Virus record (IMG/VR): IMGVR_UViG_3300022876_000002
Length of the DNA: 64,000 nucleotides
Direction: 5' to 3' (one strand)
From: a virus
Taxonomy: Duplodnaviria; Caudoviricetes
In this document: positions 9,307 through 18,404 of the stretch, in pieces
Position numbering within the stretch: the first letter of the stretch is position 1
How the letters are laid out: each line of letters starts with the position of its first letter
Notes under the pieces: generated by a model
Told to the model about the DNA's origin: nothing
The model's input: only the letters and a program-made list of their open reading frames with translations
Database searches by the model: none
Made by a program: the position numbers and the translations under genes

Positions 9307-10077
9307 TTATTTGAAAATGCGACGTTGGTATGCTTCATGAGTGACTGCCAGAGCGCGCTCATAATCTTTAGTAAGCATGTTCATTTTTGCAATATACAAC
9401 CCTGAGCCGTAATCATCCGCTCGGCATCCCTGTCGGCCAGCAGCCAGTCTGAAATGTTTGTAGTACTGTTGATCTTTGAGCCATTCCAGGTCCTTGTCGA
9501 AGTCACCTTCGTACGAGGATTTGTGCTCCAGAACAGGCGACGCGTAAGTAGGTACCCACTGCGCAGCAAATGGCTGGGTAACAGCCGACTGTTCACAGAC
9601 TGGGATCTCCGGGATGTCCCAAAGGATATTCATCGGAACACCCGCCCAGACATCATCACCCAGATGCTCCAGGAAATCACCACGGTCCATTGGGTCTTCA
9701 CGAGTCAGATCCCCTGGGTCGCTACCAAACTCCAGTGGACAACGCATCGCCCACTGAAGCAGTTCCTCACCGAAATACAGCGCCTCTTTAGGATCACTCC
9801 CGTGCTTGTGGCGCCCCCAAGCTTCAATTACTTGCAAGAAGCCAGCAAAAGTACAACGACCATAAATAGTAATCAATTCCGCAGCACGGTTGTAAGCAAA
9901 CTGCAGCCGAGCGTTACATGGTTTACCGCACACCAGATCGCTAGCAATCATCATGGTGTCGCCACTGTACGCAATTACCACCTTGGAGATCTGTTCGAAC
10001 AGGTCCTTGGCCATAAGGTTCTTGCGGATCAGTTCGATCTCGGCGCCAATGTCTTTGTCATATTTACGGGCCATCAC
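9307..10077 (-). CDS. hypothetical protein
   Basis: 256 aa. Confidence 0.8.
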   Translation of the reverse strand: MMARKYDKDIGAEIELIRKNLMAKDLFEQISKVVIAYSGDTMMIASDLVCGKPCNARLQFAYNRAAELITIYGRCTFAGFLQVIEAWGRHKHGSDPKEALYFGEELLQWAMRCPLEFGSDPGDLTREDPMDRGDFLEHLGDDVWAGVPMNILWDIPEIPVCEQSAVTQPFAAQWVPTYASPVLEHKSSYEGDFDKDLEWLKDQQYYKHFRLAAGRQGCRADDYGSGLYIAKMNMLTKDYERALAVTHEAYQRRIFK

Positions 10078-10283
10078 GGTACCCTTAAGAAATTAGTTAA
10101 CACGAAATACCCAAATGCTAATGACAATGCCACCAGCAGTGCCCCGCACAGGAATGCAAAGCAGTGCAGTTGTATGTTAGTGAACCGATCTAATACCCGA
10201 TATCCGCTATGGGTACCAAACCAGTAAACAAACCACACCACTACAAATACAAAATACAGCCCCAGCAGAATATTCTCAATCAT
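10074..10283 (-). CDS. small two-TM membrane protein
   Basis: 69 aa, hydrophobic. Confidence 0.7.
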   Translation of the reverse strand: MIENILLGLYFVFVVVWFVYWFGTHSGYRVLDRFTNIQLHCFAFLCGALLVALSLAFGYFVLTNFLRVP

Positions 10284-10292
10284 TATTACACC

Positions 10293-10553
10293 CTAGTCGG
10301 GGCGTGTTATCCACCACGTCCCATAGAAGTTAGTAAAAATGAACCCAGTGGTTTTCTTGGTATTAATACGCGCACTAAGGTCCAGCTTCAAACGGTAGCC
10401 TTTCCCTTTAGGGTAGAGTTGCTTAACAACGCCAACTTCCTTACCCTCACCCTCATTGTCAGACACCATCACTGGCACACGACCCTCTTTGAACTGGTCA
10501 AAGATAGCCATTTCCTGTTGGGTGGACAACTCCTGGTCTACAAAGATTTCCAT
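10293..10553 (-). CDS. hypothetical protein
   Basis: 86 aa, AAGGA RBS. Confidence 0.7.
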   Translation of the reverse strand: MEIFVDQELSTQQEMAIFDQFKEGRVPVMVSDNEGEGKEVGVVKQLYPKGKGYRLKLDLSARINTKKTTGFIFTNFYGTWWITRPD

Positions 10554-10562
10554 TTAGAGTCC

Positions 10563-11012
10563 TTAAACCAAAACGATTTCAAGGGTCGTAGTCATTTGCG
10601 GGTGGATACCCATGCGCAGGAGTTCTGTGGTACCTGCTGCTTTTAACTCGAGCTCCCGGTGGTGCTGCATCTTAATACCACACGGGATCCACAACGTCTT
10701 TTCTTCCGTGACGTTACCGTTATCGTAGGACCAGATAACGCCAACCGCTTCCAGGTGGTCTTTCTGTTGATAACCACCACTGATATACAACGCGTTGCAC
10801 ACATGGCGGTATTGATCCGCCAGGCGAACAAACGTACCGTGCGCTACGTCATGCACAGGCAAGTAAGACAGCTGCTGCAAGGTATCACGTAGCAAGTCAA
10901 CTGCATCCTGATAAGTGAACCCCGGTTTGTTGTAAGCGCGGAGTTCCAGACCGGCTTTCCACAGCTCACGTTCACGCCATGCTGCTGCACGTTTGGGACA
11001 AGTACGAATCAT
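10563..11012 (-). CDS. hypothetical protein
   Basis: 149 aa, GGAG RBS. Confidence 0.75.
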   Translation of the reverse strand: MIRTCPKRAAAWRERELWKAGLELRAYNKPGFTYQDAVDLLRDTLQQLSYLPVHDVAHGTFVRLADQYRHVCNALYISGGYQQKDHLEAVGVIWSYDNGNVTEEKTLWIPCGIKMQHHRELELKAAGTTELLRMGIHPQMTTTLEIVLV

Positions 11013-11021
11013 AAAGCGCTC

Positions 11022-11246
11022 CTAGATATATAAAGGCTGGTCTTTAGGCACTAACAGTCCTCTATGGAACTGTAGATAGTCACCTACCTTCAGATTACAC
11101 TGACCAGACTTGATGAAAAATAAAAGGGTCCCATGAGCTATAATAGCCCCGGAACCCTTCAAGGTTTTAACCTTAAAAGACGTAAAGCGCTCCAGCACCC
11201 GTGTTTGTTCTGGAGTTAGTTCTAAGTACCTGTGCGGTAGATCCAT
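11022..11246 (-). CDS. hypothetical protein
   Basis: probable start MDLPH at 11246 with GAGGGG RBS; overlaps the 3' end of 11173..11637. Confidence 0.55.
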   Translation of the reverse strand: MDLPHRYLELTPEQTRVLERFTSFKVKTLKGSGAIIAHGTLLFFIKSGQCNLKVGDYLQFHRGLLVPKDQPLYI

Positions 11247-11637
11247 TAACACCAACCCCCTCGAAACCACAGTCTTGGTAGACCGTCTTGTCTTGGAAGA
11301 GGGTATCGGAATCTGGCTCTATCGCACTGATCCCTATCTCCCTGTCCCCATTCTCATTTACATAGAGATAGAGGACTTTGTGGAAATTAGGTGAGTAGTA
11401 CGTTACTGCTGTACCACTCAAATCAACACGGCTGGGATCACCCAGGACATACCGTTCATTACCTACCAATACTTCGTTCTGGTAGACGTTGAACACTGTG
11501 GGTTTGTTGCTAACGTTAATGTTGTGGAACAATTCAGCGTCAGCGGTATAACCTTGCTTATTGCAGCGCAACACAGTGTCGTTAGCTACTGCGGTACCAC
11601 TCACTAAAGCCAGCGACAGAGCAATCAATTTCAGCAT
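11173..11637 (-). CDS. secreted protein (signal peptide; Cys pair bracketing a beta-rich domain)
   Basis: MLKLIALSLALVSGTAVA signal peptide; Cys near both ends of the mature domain. Confidence 0.75.
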   Translation of the reverse strand: MLKLIALSLALVSGTAVANDTVLRCNKQGYTADAELFHNINVSNKPTVFNVYQNEVLVGNERYVLGDPSRVDLSGTAVTYYSPNFHKVLYLYVNENGDREIGISAIEPDSDTLFQDKTVYQDCGFEGVGVNGSTAQVLRTNSRTNTGAGALYVF

Positions 11638-12179
11638 GCTACTACATCCTTGTAGAGTTGGCCATCGATAATGTCTTTGATGGAAATACCGTCGACCGCC
11701 TTGAGGTGGTTACGGTACAGATCGGCCAGGGTCTCCAGACGATCGGAGAATGGCAGCGATTCCAAACGGGTATTGTTCTTGCATTTCAGCGCCAGCCCAT
11801 TAAGGGTAGGACCGAACATGCTGAACACGATGTCGTTGCCATCCATGCGACCGTGGAAATACAGCGGGGACTCTTGGTCCACGAACTGCGAGAACGTTTG
11901 TTGCTTATTACCACGCAGCCACTCGCGGGCCAGTTCCAGAGCATCAATGATCTCGAGGATCTGTGCTTGGTACTCGCCCATGTGCGTGGAAATACTGAAA
12001 GTGTGCAGACTATCAGTCTTGATGAAAGTCTGGCGGCGGATGCAACCCTCAGCACCAAACTCGAGGATCGACCGCAGGATCAGGTCGCCGTTACGGGCGA
12101 TTACAGCACTGGATTCGAAAACCACATTACGGGTTTTGAACGAGTCAACCAGTTCACGCGAAGAGAAGATAATAGCCAT
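11631..12179 (-). CDS. hypothetical protein
   Basis: 182 aa. Confidence 0.75.
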   Translation of the reverse strand: MAIIFSSRELVDSFKTRNVVFESSAVIARNGDLILRSILEFGAEGCIRRQTFIKTDSLHTFSISTHMGEYQAQILEIIDALELAREWLRGNKQQTFSQFVDQESPLYFHGRMDGNDIVFSMFGPTLNGLALKCKNNTRLESLPFSDRLETLADLYRNHLKAVDGISIKDIIDGQLYKDVVAC

Positions 12180-12235
12180 GACAAATAACTCCTATTTGGG
12201 TGTCTCTATGGACAGCCCGTATAAAGGGAAAATAC

Positions 12236-12454
12236 TTACAGCACGTCGCCGATGCGAGTAAACAGGATGAAGATGTAAACCATCAACAACGCTGCTGCAA
12301 CTACAAGACCCCATTTGAGGTAGTAGTCACGGGTGCCTTTGGTGGCAGCTTTGGCCTTGGTTGCCCAAGCCAACATGAAAACTTTGCTACCGTGCATTGC
12401 TGCTGCCAGGACCAGAATGGTCAGGACTAAATGGATCAGGGTATACATGATCAA
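12236..12454 (-). CDS. small two-TM membrane protein
   Basis: 72 aa, two hydrophobic segments, AAGGAG RBS. Confidence 0.7.
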   Translation of the reverse strand: MIMYTLIHLVLTILVLAAAMHGSKVFMLAWATKAKAATKGTRDYYLKWGLVVAAALLMVYIFILFTRIGDVL

Positions 12455-12483
12455 ACTCCTTAGAGAATAAACATTGTTGTTTC

Positions 12484-12502
12484 ATACACCCTAGTGATAT
12501 AG
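12484..12502 (-). promoter_or_regulatory. early promoter-like motif CTATATCACT-AGGGTGTAT
   Basis: upstream of the 12454 start; one mismatch to consensus. Confidence 0.65.
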
Positions 12503-12521
12503 ACCTGACCATCTCTAGGAA

Positions 12522-13022
12522 TTAAACCAGACGAAGCCTGGTGTAGATACCGGTTTCGTCTACTGGTTCAAAACCACGGGCCTTGTAAAACTTAAGGGCC
12601 GGCTGGTTATCGCGGTAACACTGGAGTTCCAGTGGTCGGTTGAAAACCTCACGATGATTGTTTATCATGTAAGTTCCCTTACCGCTACCCCGATGTGGAG
12701 AGTTAACCCACAACGACAGTAACTGTTCATCAGTTACAGCCATGAAACCATGTGGTTGGTAGTTGTATTCCAGAACGTAGAAGAAGTCTACCAGTTTGAG
12801 GTATTCTTGGAATTTCTCATCGAGGAACCCTGGTATCTTACTTTTGGCAATCTGTTCTTGGAACAAGACAGCAATAGTCTTATCCTGGGTAACCATGGCT
12901 AGCTCTTCTTTGGCTAGTTCATCCCACATGTACCGAATATGCGGTAGGGTCTTGCTATCGACCGCATCACGGTGGTACATGCGTAGCTGCCAGTGCGAGT
13001 TCAAATAACGAGTGTTTCTCAT
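12522..13022 (-). CDS. GNAT-family N-acetyltransferase
   Basis: LWVNSPHRGSGKGTYM (motif A), NQPALKFYKARGF (motif B). Confidence 0.9.
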   Translation of the reverse strand: MRNTRYLNSHWQLRMYHRDAVDSKTLPHIRYMWDELAKEELAMVTQDKTIAVLFQEQIAKSKIPGFLDEKFQEYLKLVDFFYVLEYNYQPHGFMAVTDEQLLSLWVNSPHRGSGKGTYMINNHREVFNRPLELQCYRDNQPALKFYKARGFEPVDETGIYTRLRLV

Positions 13023-13630
13023 TGTAGCTCCCTGCGCGCAACGATGATAAGTGCTTCCAGTTCTTCCAGGGTGTAGTGTCCATCCACTACTGCGTAGTCG
13101 CCACGGAAGTCGATATACGACCGGTCGATGTTATCCAGGACTTTATCGTAATGTGTCGGATCTGTTGGGGTAAGTGCTTCAATATGACAACCTTGTTCTG
13201 GACTGAACTCAGCCGTCACACCGAAACCACATTTAACGAAGACTTTAGTACTGGCAACAGTTTCCTTGGTCCAGACCGCTTTGAAGAAAGGGAACTTACC
13301 CTCGTTAAAGGTTTTGTAGTTTTGCAGCAACTGTGTCCCGACACCCTGGTTCTGGAAAGGAGGGTACACGTACATGTCTATTACTTGGTTACCACCAGCA
13401 ATTAGGTAACCGCTCACCCCATTGCCACCAGCGTGAACAATACCCACGTAGTCAGTGTGGTCCAACCACGTTTTGAACTGTCGTTTGGCTTCGTCGAGGT
13501 CTTCAATGCCTTTAACTGTGTCGTACAGATAAGCAAGCTTGTCGAGGTGCTTATCGTACAACTCCCGCGGGAATTTGAAAAGTGAGTCAACCGACAACTT
13601 ACCAACAAAAAACTCGTACGTATATTCCAT
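13019..13630 (-). CDS. GNAT-family N-acetyltransferase with C-terminal extension
   Basis: DMYVYPPFQNQGVGTQLL, KVFVKCGF. Confidence 0.85.
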   Translation of the reverse strand: MEYTYEFFVGKLSVDSLFKFPRELYDKHLDKLAYLYDTVKGIEDLDEAKRQFKTWLDHTDYVGIVHAGGNGVSGYLIAGGNQVIDMYVYPPFQNQGVGTQLLQNYKTFNEGKFPFFKAVWTKETVASTKVFVKCGFGVTAEFSPEQGCHIEALTPTDPTHYDKVLDNIDRSYIDFRGDYAVVDGHYTLEELEALIIVARRELQ

Positions 13631-13651
13631 AAAAAATCCTTAGGTGGGTAA

Positions 13652-13681
13652 TAGGTAAGCTAGCCTAGGCTAGCTTACCTA
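13652..13681. repeat. perfect 30-bp palindrome centred on CTAG (terminator-like)
   Basis: taggtaagctagcct|aggctagcttaccta. Confidence 0.85.
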
Positions 13682-13687
13682 ACAGGG

Positions 13688-14230
13688 TTAAGACAGTTTC
13701 CAGACGCAGCACGTTGCATTAGACATACAGAACCCCAACCTGGTGAGGAAAGCTCGCGGATCCAGATCGTAGGAATGTAAGCTACAAGTGATCTCCCTTA
13801 CGTCAAAGCGGTTGATGTACAGCTCCAACAAGCTGAGGCCGATGCGATCCCGACGGAAAGCAGGAATCACGTACATGTCCAGGATGTAGTGGTGAGGAGT
13901 CATGAGTAGGTAACCCATGACCATGCCGTGCTGGTTCTCCATGAGGATAACCGTTGATGCATCCGCAACACGGGCTTCGAAAACTTCCCGTCGCTTGGCT
14001 GGATTCAGCATCCAATCCAGGCCGTTCCAAGCATCTGGGTTATTAATGAACCACGGAAGCTGCTCGTAAACACCCAGGTTGAACAACTCCCACATTGACG
14101 CTAGTAGTGGACCTTCTGGCTTGTCATCGCCAATGTGCACCAGCCGTGCTTGGAACCCATCGGCGTATTTAACCTTACGTCTAGGGATCCCAAACACATT
14201 ACGATCAAATAATGCTTTATTAACAGTCAT
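13688..14230 (-). CDS. GNAT-family N-acetyltransferase
   Basis: LDMYVIPAFRRDRIGLSLL, RAFLTRLGF. Confidence 0.85.
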   Translation of the reverse strand: MTVNKALFDRNVFGIPRRKVKYADGFQARLVHIGDDKPEGPLLASMWELFNLGVYEQLPWFINNPDAWNGLDWMLNPAKRREVFEARVADASTVILMENQHGMVMGYLLMTPHHYILDMYVIPAFRRDRIGLSLLELYINRFDVREITCSLHSYDLDPRAFLTRLGFCMSNATCCVWKLS

Positions 14231-14865
14231 TAATAATCGTCCTTCAAGTCTTCGTGTTTACAGTTGCCTTCACCAGGCCCGCCGTTTTTCATGAACCACA
14301 CCAATTGAGCAAGCTCGGCCATGTCGAATGTGCCGTCTAGGGTAACATCTTTACCATCTGGTCCCCAGTGGATATACTGCCCCATCTTACCGATGTCTTT
14401 TCTGTTTGCAGTCAGGGCGATTGCACCTCGGTATTCCGGACCATTTAAGCACCACCATCCATCGCGTCGACCACGGCGTACGAACTCGAACTTACGAGCT
14501 TTCAAGAACGCACCAAATGGAGGATCTTCTTGTTCGATTTCGATGATAACGTATTCAATACTCCTACACATTAAGTCGTGGAGTAATGCACTACCAATGC
14601 CTTGCCTGCGGTATTTAGACTCCACATACAACACATTGATTACAAAAGCACCGTCATGCCACGCGCCGCACAAGGCACCGATAATCTTGTTATCATCGGC
14701 CTTGTCCTTAGCAAACATCCAACCCTGGTCGTAGGTAGGTGGGACGATACCTGTTTCTTGTTGCAATTGCTCCAACAAGTGTTTAACCCAGTGGCGTTTA
14801 ACGTTTTCATCCGGGTAGTTAACAGATTCTACCAAGATGTTATCTGGCAGTCGCTTGAGTTCCAT
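14230..14865 (-). CDS. GNAT-family N-acetyltransferase with C-terminal extension
   Basis: VLYVESKYRRQGIGSALL, AFLKARKF; start MELKRL after a GAGGA RBS. Confidence 0.85.
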   Translation of the reverse strand: MELKRLPDNILVESVNYPDENVKRHWVKHLLEQLQQETGIVPPTYDQGWMFAKDKADDNKIIGALCGAWHDGAFVINVLYVESKYRRQGIGSALLHDLMCRSIEYVIIEIEQEDPPFGAFLKARKFEFVRRGRRDGWWCLNGPEYRGAIALTANRKDIGKMGQYIHWGPDGKDVTLDGTFDMAELAQLVWFMKNGGPGEGNCKHEDLKDDY

Positions 14866-14867
14866 GA

Positions 14868-15314
14868 TCAGATCCTCTTGCAATTAGCCACGTAAACAGC
14901 ACGGTTGATTTCGCCATCAGACTTTGGATCTGGATCAGCGAAATACAGAATGAAATACGGTTTACCATTACCATCAACACGCTTGAACATCATCTCGTGT
15001 TGGGTACCTGCTACACCACTGATGTTCCCACCTTCAGGGATTGCTAACACCAGTCCTTCTTTGAGCAGGTCGTTCTTGGCGAACTTGAATTCGTATTTGG
15101 TTTGTTCAATACGGGTTTCCATGGTAACCCGGGGGTTATCCGTGGTATAACCTTGGGTAAAGGTCATCGCGTTGTCAGTATACTCCTGACACACGAACGT
15201 CTTTTGAACCGCGGCGTTTACAGTAGGGTCCAAAGACAAAGCCGAGGGCTGTTGTGCGGCCGCTGCCATACCAACAACAGGAATCAGGGACAGAACGAAC
15301 ATTGCAATCTTCAT
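14868..15314 (-). CDS. secreted protein (signal peptide; terminal Cys pair)
   Basis: MKIAMFVLSLIPVVGMAAAA signal; TFVC ... VANCKRI. Confidence 0.75.
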   Translation of the reverse strand: MKIAMFVLSLIPVVGMAAAAQQPSALSLDPTVNAAVQKTFVCQEYTDNAMTFTQGYTTDNPRVTMETRIEQTKYEFKFAKNDLLKEGLVLAIPEGGNISGVAGTQHEMMFKRVDGNGKPYFILYFADPDPKSDGEINRAVYVANCKRI

Positions 15315-15361
15315 GAAACACTCCTAAATGGATCGAGTGCAAGTATAACCGGAATTGGTTA

Positions 15362-15811
15362 TTACTTGTTGTAGCGGTTTACCAGCATTTGCAGTTTACG
15401 CAGACGCTCTTTACCTGCCTTGCGGGCTTTCCAGACCGCAGTATTATTAGTGCGGCAGTACCAATCAATCCACTTGGGATTGAGACCAAAGGTGGTTTCG
15501 CCACGGATTTCGGGTTCGGGGTCGTGGCCAAGACGGGCTTTGAGGATATCATCAAAAGGCGAACTGTGGATCTCCTCGTTTGTCATTGAACCAATACGGT
15601 CTACACTTGCTTGCAGTTCTTCTTCAGAGTAACATTTAGGTTCTCTGATTTTCTTGCTTACCAGCTCTCGTAATTCTGGGTTACTATATTGCTTTAGAAC
15701 TTCTTCTACTTCAGGTGTTAAAGGTCCGCCTCGTTCAAAGTCTTCAGCACCATATGGAACTGTTCTTGGACTAACCGGTTTGTCACTATGCTTGGCCATG
15801 TGATCTTTCAT
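15362..15811 (-). CDS. hypothetical protein with C-terminal WxxW module
   Basis: GLNPKWIDWYCRTNNTAVWKARKAG. Confidence 0.75.
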   Translation of the reverse strand: MKDHMAKHSDKPVSPRTVPYGAEDFERGGPLTPEVEEVLKQYSNPELRELVSKKIREPKCYSEEELQASVDRIGSMTNEEIHSSPFDDILKARLGHDPEPEIRGETTFGLNPKWIDWYCRTNNTAVWKARKAGKERLRKLQMLVNRYNK

Positions 15812-15821
15812 TACGATTACC

Positions 15822-16127
15822 TCAGTTAATATGACGCAACGCATTACGAGAATTGAAGAAGTAGTCAGCCATTCGGTTTACCCCGAGTACAGCTAATCCT
15901 TCATCAATACGAATGCCGTTGAATGGGTTACCAGGATCTTTGTTATTCAGCAAATGGTAGCCGCGGTTAATGGCAATAACACGCGGTACTCCAGTCTGAC
16001 GCTGGTGCCACTCTACCCAATCATTGGAGAGTATCTGTCGATCATGTTTGGTGAGAGGAGGTTCCATATCAGCAGACTGTTTGAGACGCGCCATGGTCCG
16101 CACCATGTTGATGCCCAACGTACTCAT
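15822..16127 (-). CDS. hypothetical protein with WxxW module
   Basis: ILSNDWVEWHQRQTGVPRVIAINRG. Confidence 0.7.
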   Translation of the reverse strand: MSTLGINMVRTMARLKQSADMEPPLTKHDRQILSNDWVEWHQRQTGVPRVIAINRGYHLLNNKDPGNPFNGIRIDEGLAVLGVNRMADYFFNSRNALRHIN

Positions 16128-16444
16128 TTATCGTTACCCAGGTACTTGATATCAACCGCACCGATGCGTGCACGGGAAATATCCGGATCGCGTGACATGA
16201 GTGCCGGAGAGATCGCATACGACTGCCCATCTACCGTAACCCAGTTGTTCTCGATATACACACCACAGAGAGCCCAGAAGCTTTTGACCATCTTGCGTAC
16301 GCCGCCGGTCAGGTTGTCGATAGCCAGGATAACTTTAGCACGCTCGGCTTCAGACGCCTGTGCCCAGAAAGCCATGGTGTAACGCTCCAAGGCTTCTTTA
16401 CCTTCGACGTCAGCCAGCCCGCAAATGTATTCTTCAAACGTCAT
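16124..16444 (-). CDS. hypothetical protein
   Basis: start MTFEE just after the 16447 stop. Confidence 0.7.
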   Translation of the reverse strand: MTFEEYICGLADVEGKEALERYTMAFWAQASEAERAKVILAIDNLTGGVRKMVKSFWALCGVYIENNWVTVDGQSYAISPALMSRDPDISRARIGAVDIKYLGNDK

Positions 16445-16446
16445 TA

Positions 16447-16755
16447 TTACCACCACATTGTTCTATGTTCTTTAGGGATTTCGGCACCTTCTGCTTTTGC
16501 CTTTATGCGCGCTTTACACGTACTTAAAGCAATATTGGAAGACACCTTTTTACGCAAGCGATACCACTTCTGCCAAACTGGGCTAGGTTTACCAGACTCA
16601 GTGGTCAGTTCCGGTTCAGGCAAGTTCTGTACACGTTCATTGAAATCTTTGTGCGCGTCCAGGTAAGTAGAACCCTTGGTCTCCATACACCACTTAGTCC
16701 AAGGGCCTTGGTTGAGTTCACCACGTTTGGTGATAAGTGGGGGTTCTTTGGCCAT
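16447..16755 (-). CDS. hypothetical protein with WxxW module
   Basis: LNQGPWTKWCMETKGSTYLDAHKDF. Confidence 0.7.
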   Translation of the reverse strand: MAKEPPLITKRGELNQGPWTKWCMETKGSTYLDAHKDFNERVQNLPEPELTTESGKPSPVWQKWYRLRKKVSSNIALSTCKARIKAKAEGAEIPKEHRTMWW

Positions 16756-17517
16756 TTATTTGCCCCAGGTAGTAAACGGGTTGGACAGGTCCAATGGGAT
16801 AGCTTTGTCGCTATCGGGGCGTTCTTTGTCACGCTGGATCTCGAAGTAGCCGCTCGGAACATCACCCTTGCTGAAAACTACTACAGGGTCGTCTTCTGGG
16901 ACTCGACCGTTATCGTCAATGGGACGACCGTCAGCGGTATGAGTAATACCTTCCAACAGTTTCTGCCTGCGGCGACCTTCTACTGTTACTGCCAGACGCT
17001 TGAACGTTGGCTGGTTAAAGATAACCACGTCATGCTTCGGTCCATCCATGACTTTAACGTCCATGCCTTTGAAGTGTCCAAAGTTAGGCATTGGAGCAAT
17101 GTCACGCAAGCTACGACCAACGAAGCACGGCGGTGTATGGTTAGTCGGAATATGCCAGGTCCCAGGGAAAACAAACGCGTTGAACAAAGGGCCAGAGATA
17201 TAATTCTCCATAACCCCGACAAATGCTTTCTTTGATGTAGCCAGCTCGTCAAAGACGAGTCTGTAAACTGTGTTACGTACACCACCGTCGCGCAGCACCA
17301 GGCTGGTCAAGTGGTCGTGGAACGGATCGAAAGGAGGAACAACGAACCCGTCCTTGTGCAATGCGCGGTGATGGGTGATCTCTGGCATTGCTTCGCGCAA
17401 CTGACCCAAGAAGCTGAAAGGGCTGTCCACAGGATACCCTTCGTTGTCGATAGTTACGGTGTGTATTACCGGAGCCGCTACCTGAGCTTTAATGAAATCT
17501 TCGAATTCTTTGCTCAT
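16756..17517 (-). CDS. hypothetical protein, first gene after early promoter
   Basis: 253 aa. Confidence 0.8.
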   Translation of the reverse strand: MSKEFEDFIKAQVAAPVIHTVTIDNEGYPVDSPFSFLGQLREAMPEITHHRALHKDGFVVPPFDPFHDHLTSLVLRDGGVRNTVYRLVFDELATSKKAFVGVMENYISGPLFNAFVFPGTWHIPTNHTPPCFVGRSLRDIAPMPNFGHFKGMDVKVMDGPKHDVVIFNQPTFKRLAVTVEGRRRQKLLEGITHTADGRPIDDNGRVPEDDPVVVFSKGDVPSGYFEIQRDKERPDSDKAIPLDLSNPFTTWGK

Positions 17518-17566
17518 TACCTAGTACCTCGTACAGTTGATCAGTATTAAAAACATTGTTACATGC

Positions 17567-17585
17567 ATACACTCGAGTAATGTAG
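17567..17585 (-). promoter_or_regulatory. early promoter-like motif CTACATTACT-CGAGTGTAT
   Basis: upstream of the 17517 start. Confidence 0.7.
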
Positions 17586-17654
17586 GTTTGTTTTATTACA
17601 AGAGTTAAAAACGTGCAGGGCTTACTAAATAGGGTAACTGGTTAAATAAAATTC

Positions 17655-17658
17655 TATG
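17655..17658 (+). promoter_or_regulatory. possible late promoter TATG after an AT-rich stretch
   Basis: phiKZ nvRNAP late promoters use TATG at the start site; a 4-mer is weak evidence. Confidence 0.25.
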
Positions 17659-17678
17659 ACTTCTCGAAGGTAACTATT

Positions 17679-18392
17679 ATGCACGAGTTATTACTGGCTA
17701 GCCGCTCAGGGTTCATTCCTCCTACTGGTGATGTCATTTTCCTCTTTGACCCCGGTACTGGTAAGGACGAAATATCCAACCAAGTCTGCATCGCAATGAG
17801 CGGTGGGCTTGCAGTGGACTCTACTTATCTAATGGACGACAAACCCTCATTGAAATTTACCGGGGCTGCCAACCAAGGATTAATTACCTTACCACAGGCA
17901 ATCAACCTCGATACCCTAGGTGACTGGACGATAGAGTGGAGCTCTCGCCCTACATCGTTCGTAACCACATATGCTAATGAACTATTCCTAGACATAACCA
18001 CCACCCAAGGTTATCCAATTGGTTGTAGGTGGGGTGATGGTGGTTATGGTAACCGCTTGCAGTTTAATATCAGTAATTGGGCTAACACTAACATAGGCCA
18101 GCCGCCAATCAATAAAGCTAGTGTTGTTAACAAAGTTAACCGGTGGGCTATGGTTTTCAGGAACAACCTGCTGCGTATATACAAAGATGGTGTACTACAA
18201 ATGATCGCCTTTGGTACATCCACCACATATGCACAAGATTACATGCCCAAGGTTAGTACATTACTGACAGCTACAAAAATGTATCTTGGTTACTACAACA
18301 ACATCAACCAAGCGTGGTTGGGTAACTTTGGGCGGATACGTATTAGCAATTTTGCTCGCTACTTGGGTAACTATACCCCAGAGAGTTTCTAA
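17679..18392 (+). CDS. LamG/concanavalin-A-like domain protein (possible virion accessory)
   Basis: DWTIEW..., LRIYKDG, WLGNFGRIRISNFARY...YTP resemble the LamG C-terminal signature. Confidence 0.7.
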   Translation: MHELLLASRSGFIPPTGDVIFLFDPGTGKDEISNQVCIAMSGGLAVDSTYLMDDKPSLKFTGAANQGLITLPQAINLDTLGDWTIEWSSRPTSFVTTYANELFLDITTTQGYPIGCRWGDGGYGNRLQFNISNWANTNIGQPPINKASVVNKVNRWAMVFRNNLLRIYKDGVLQMIAFGTSTTYAQDYMPKVSTLLTATKMYLGYYNNINQAWLGNFGRIRISNFARYLGNYTPESF

Positions 18393-18404
18393 GGGAAATG
18401 AATT

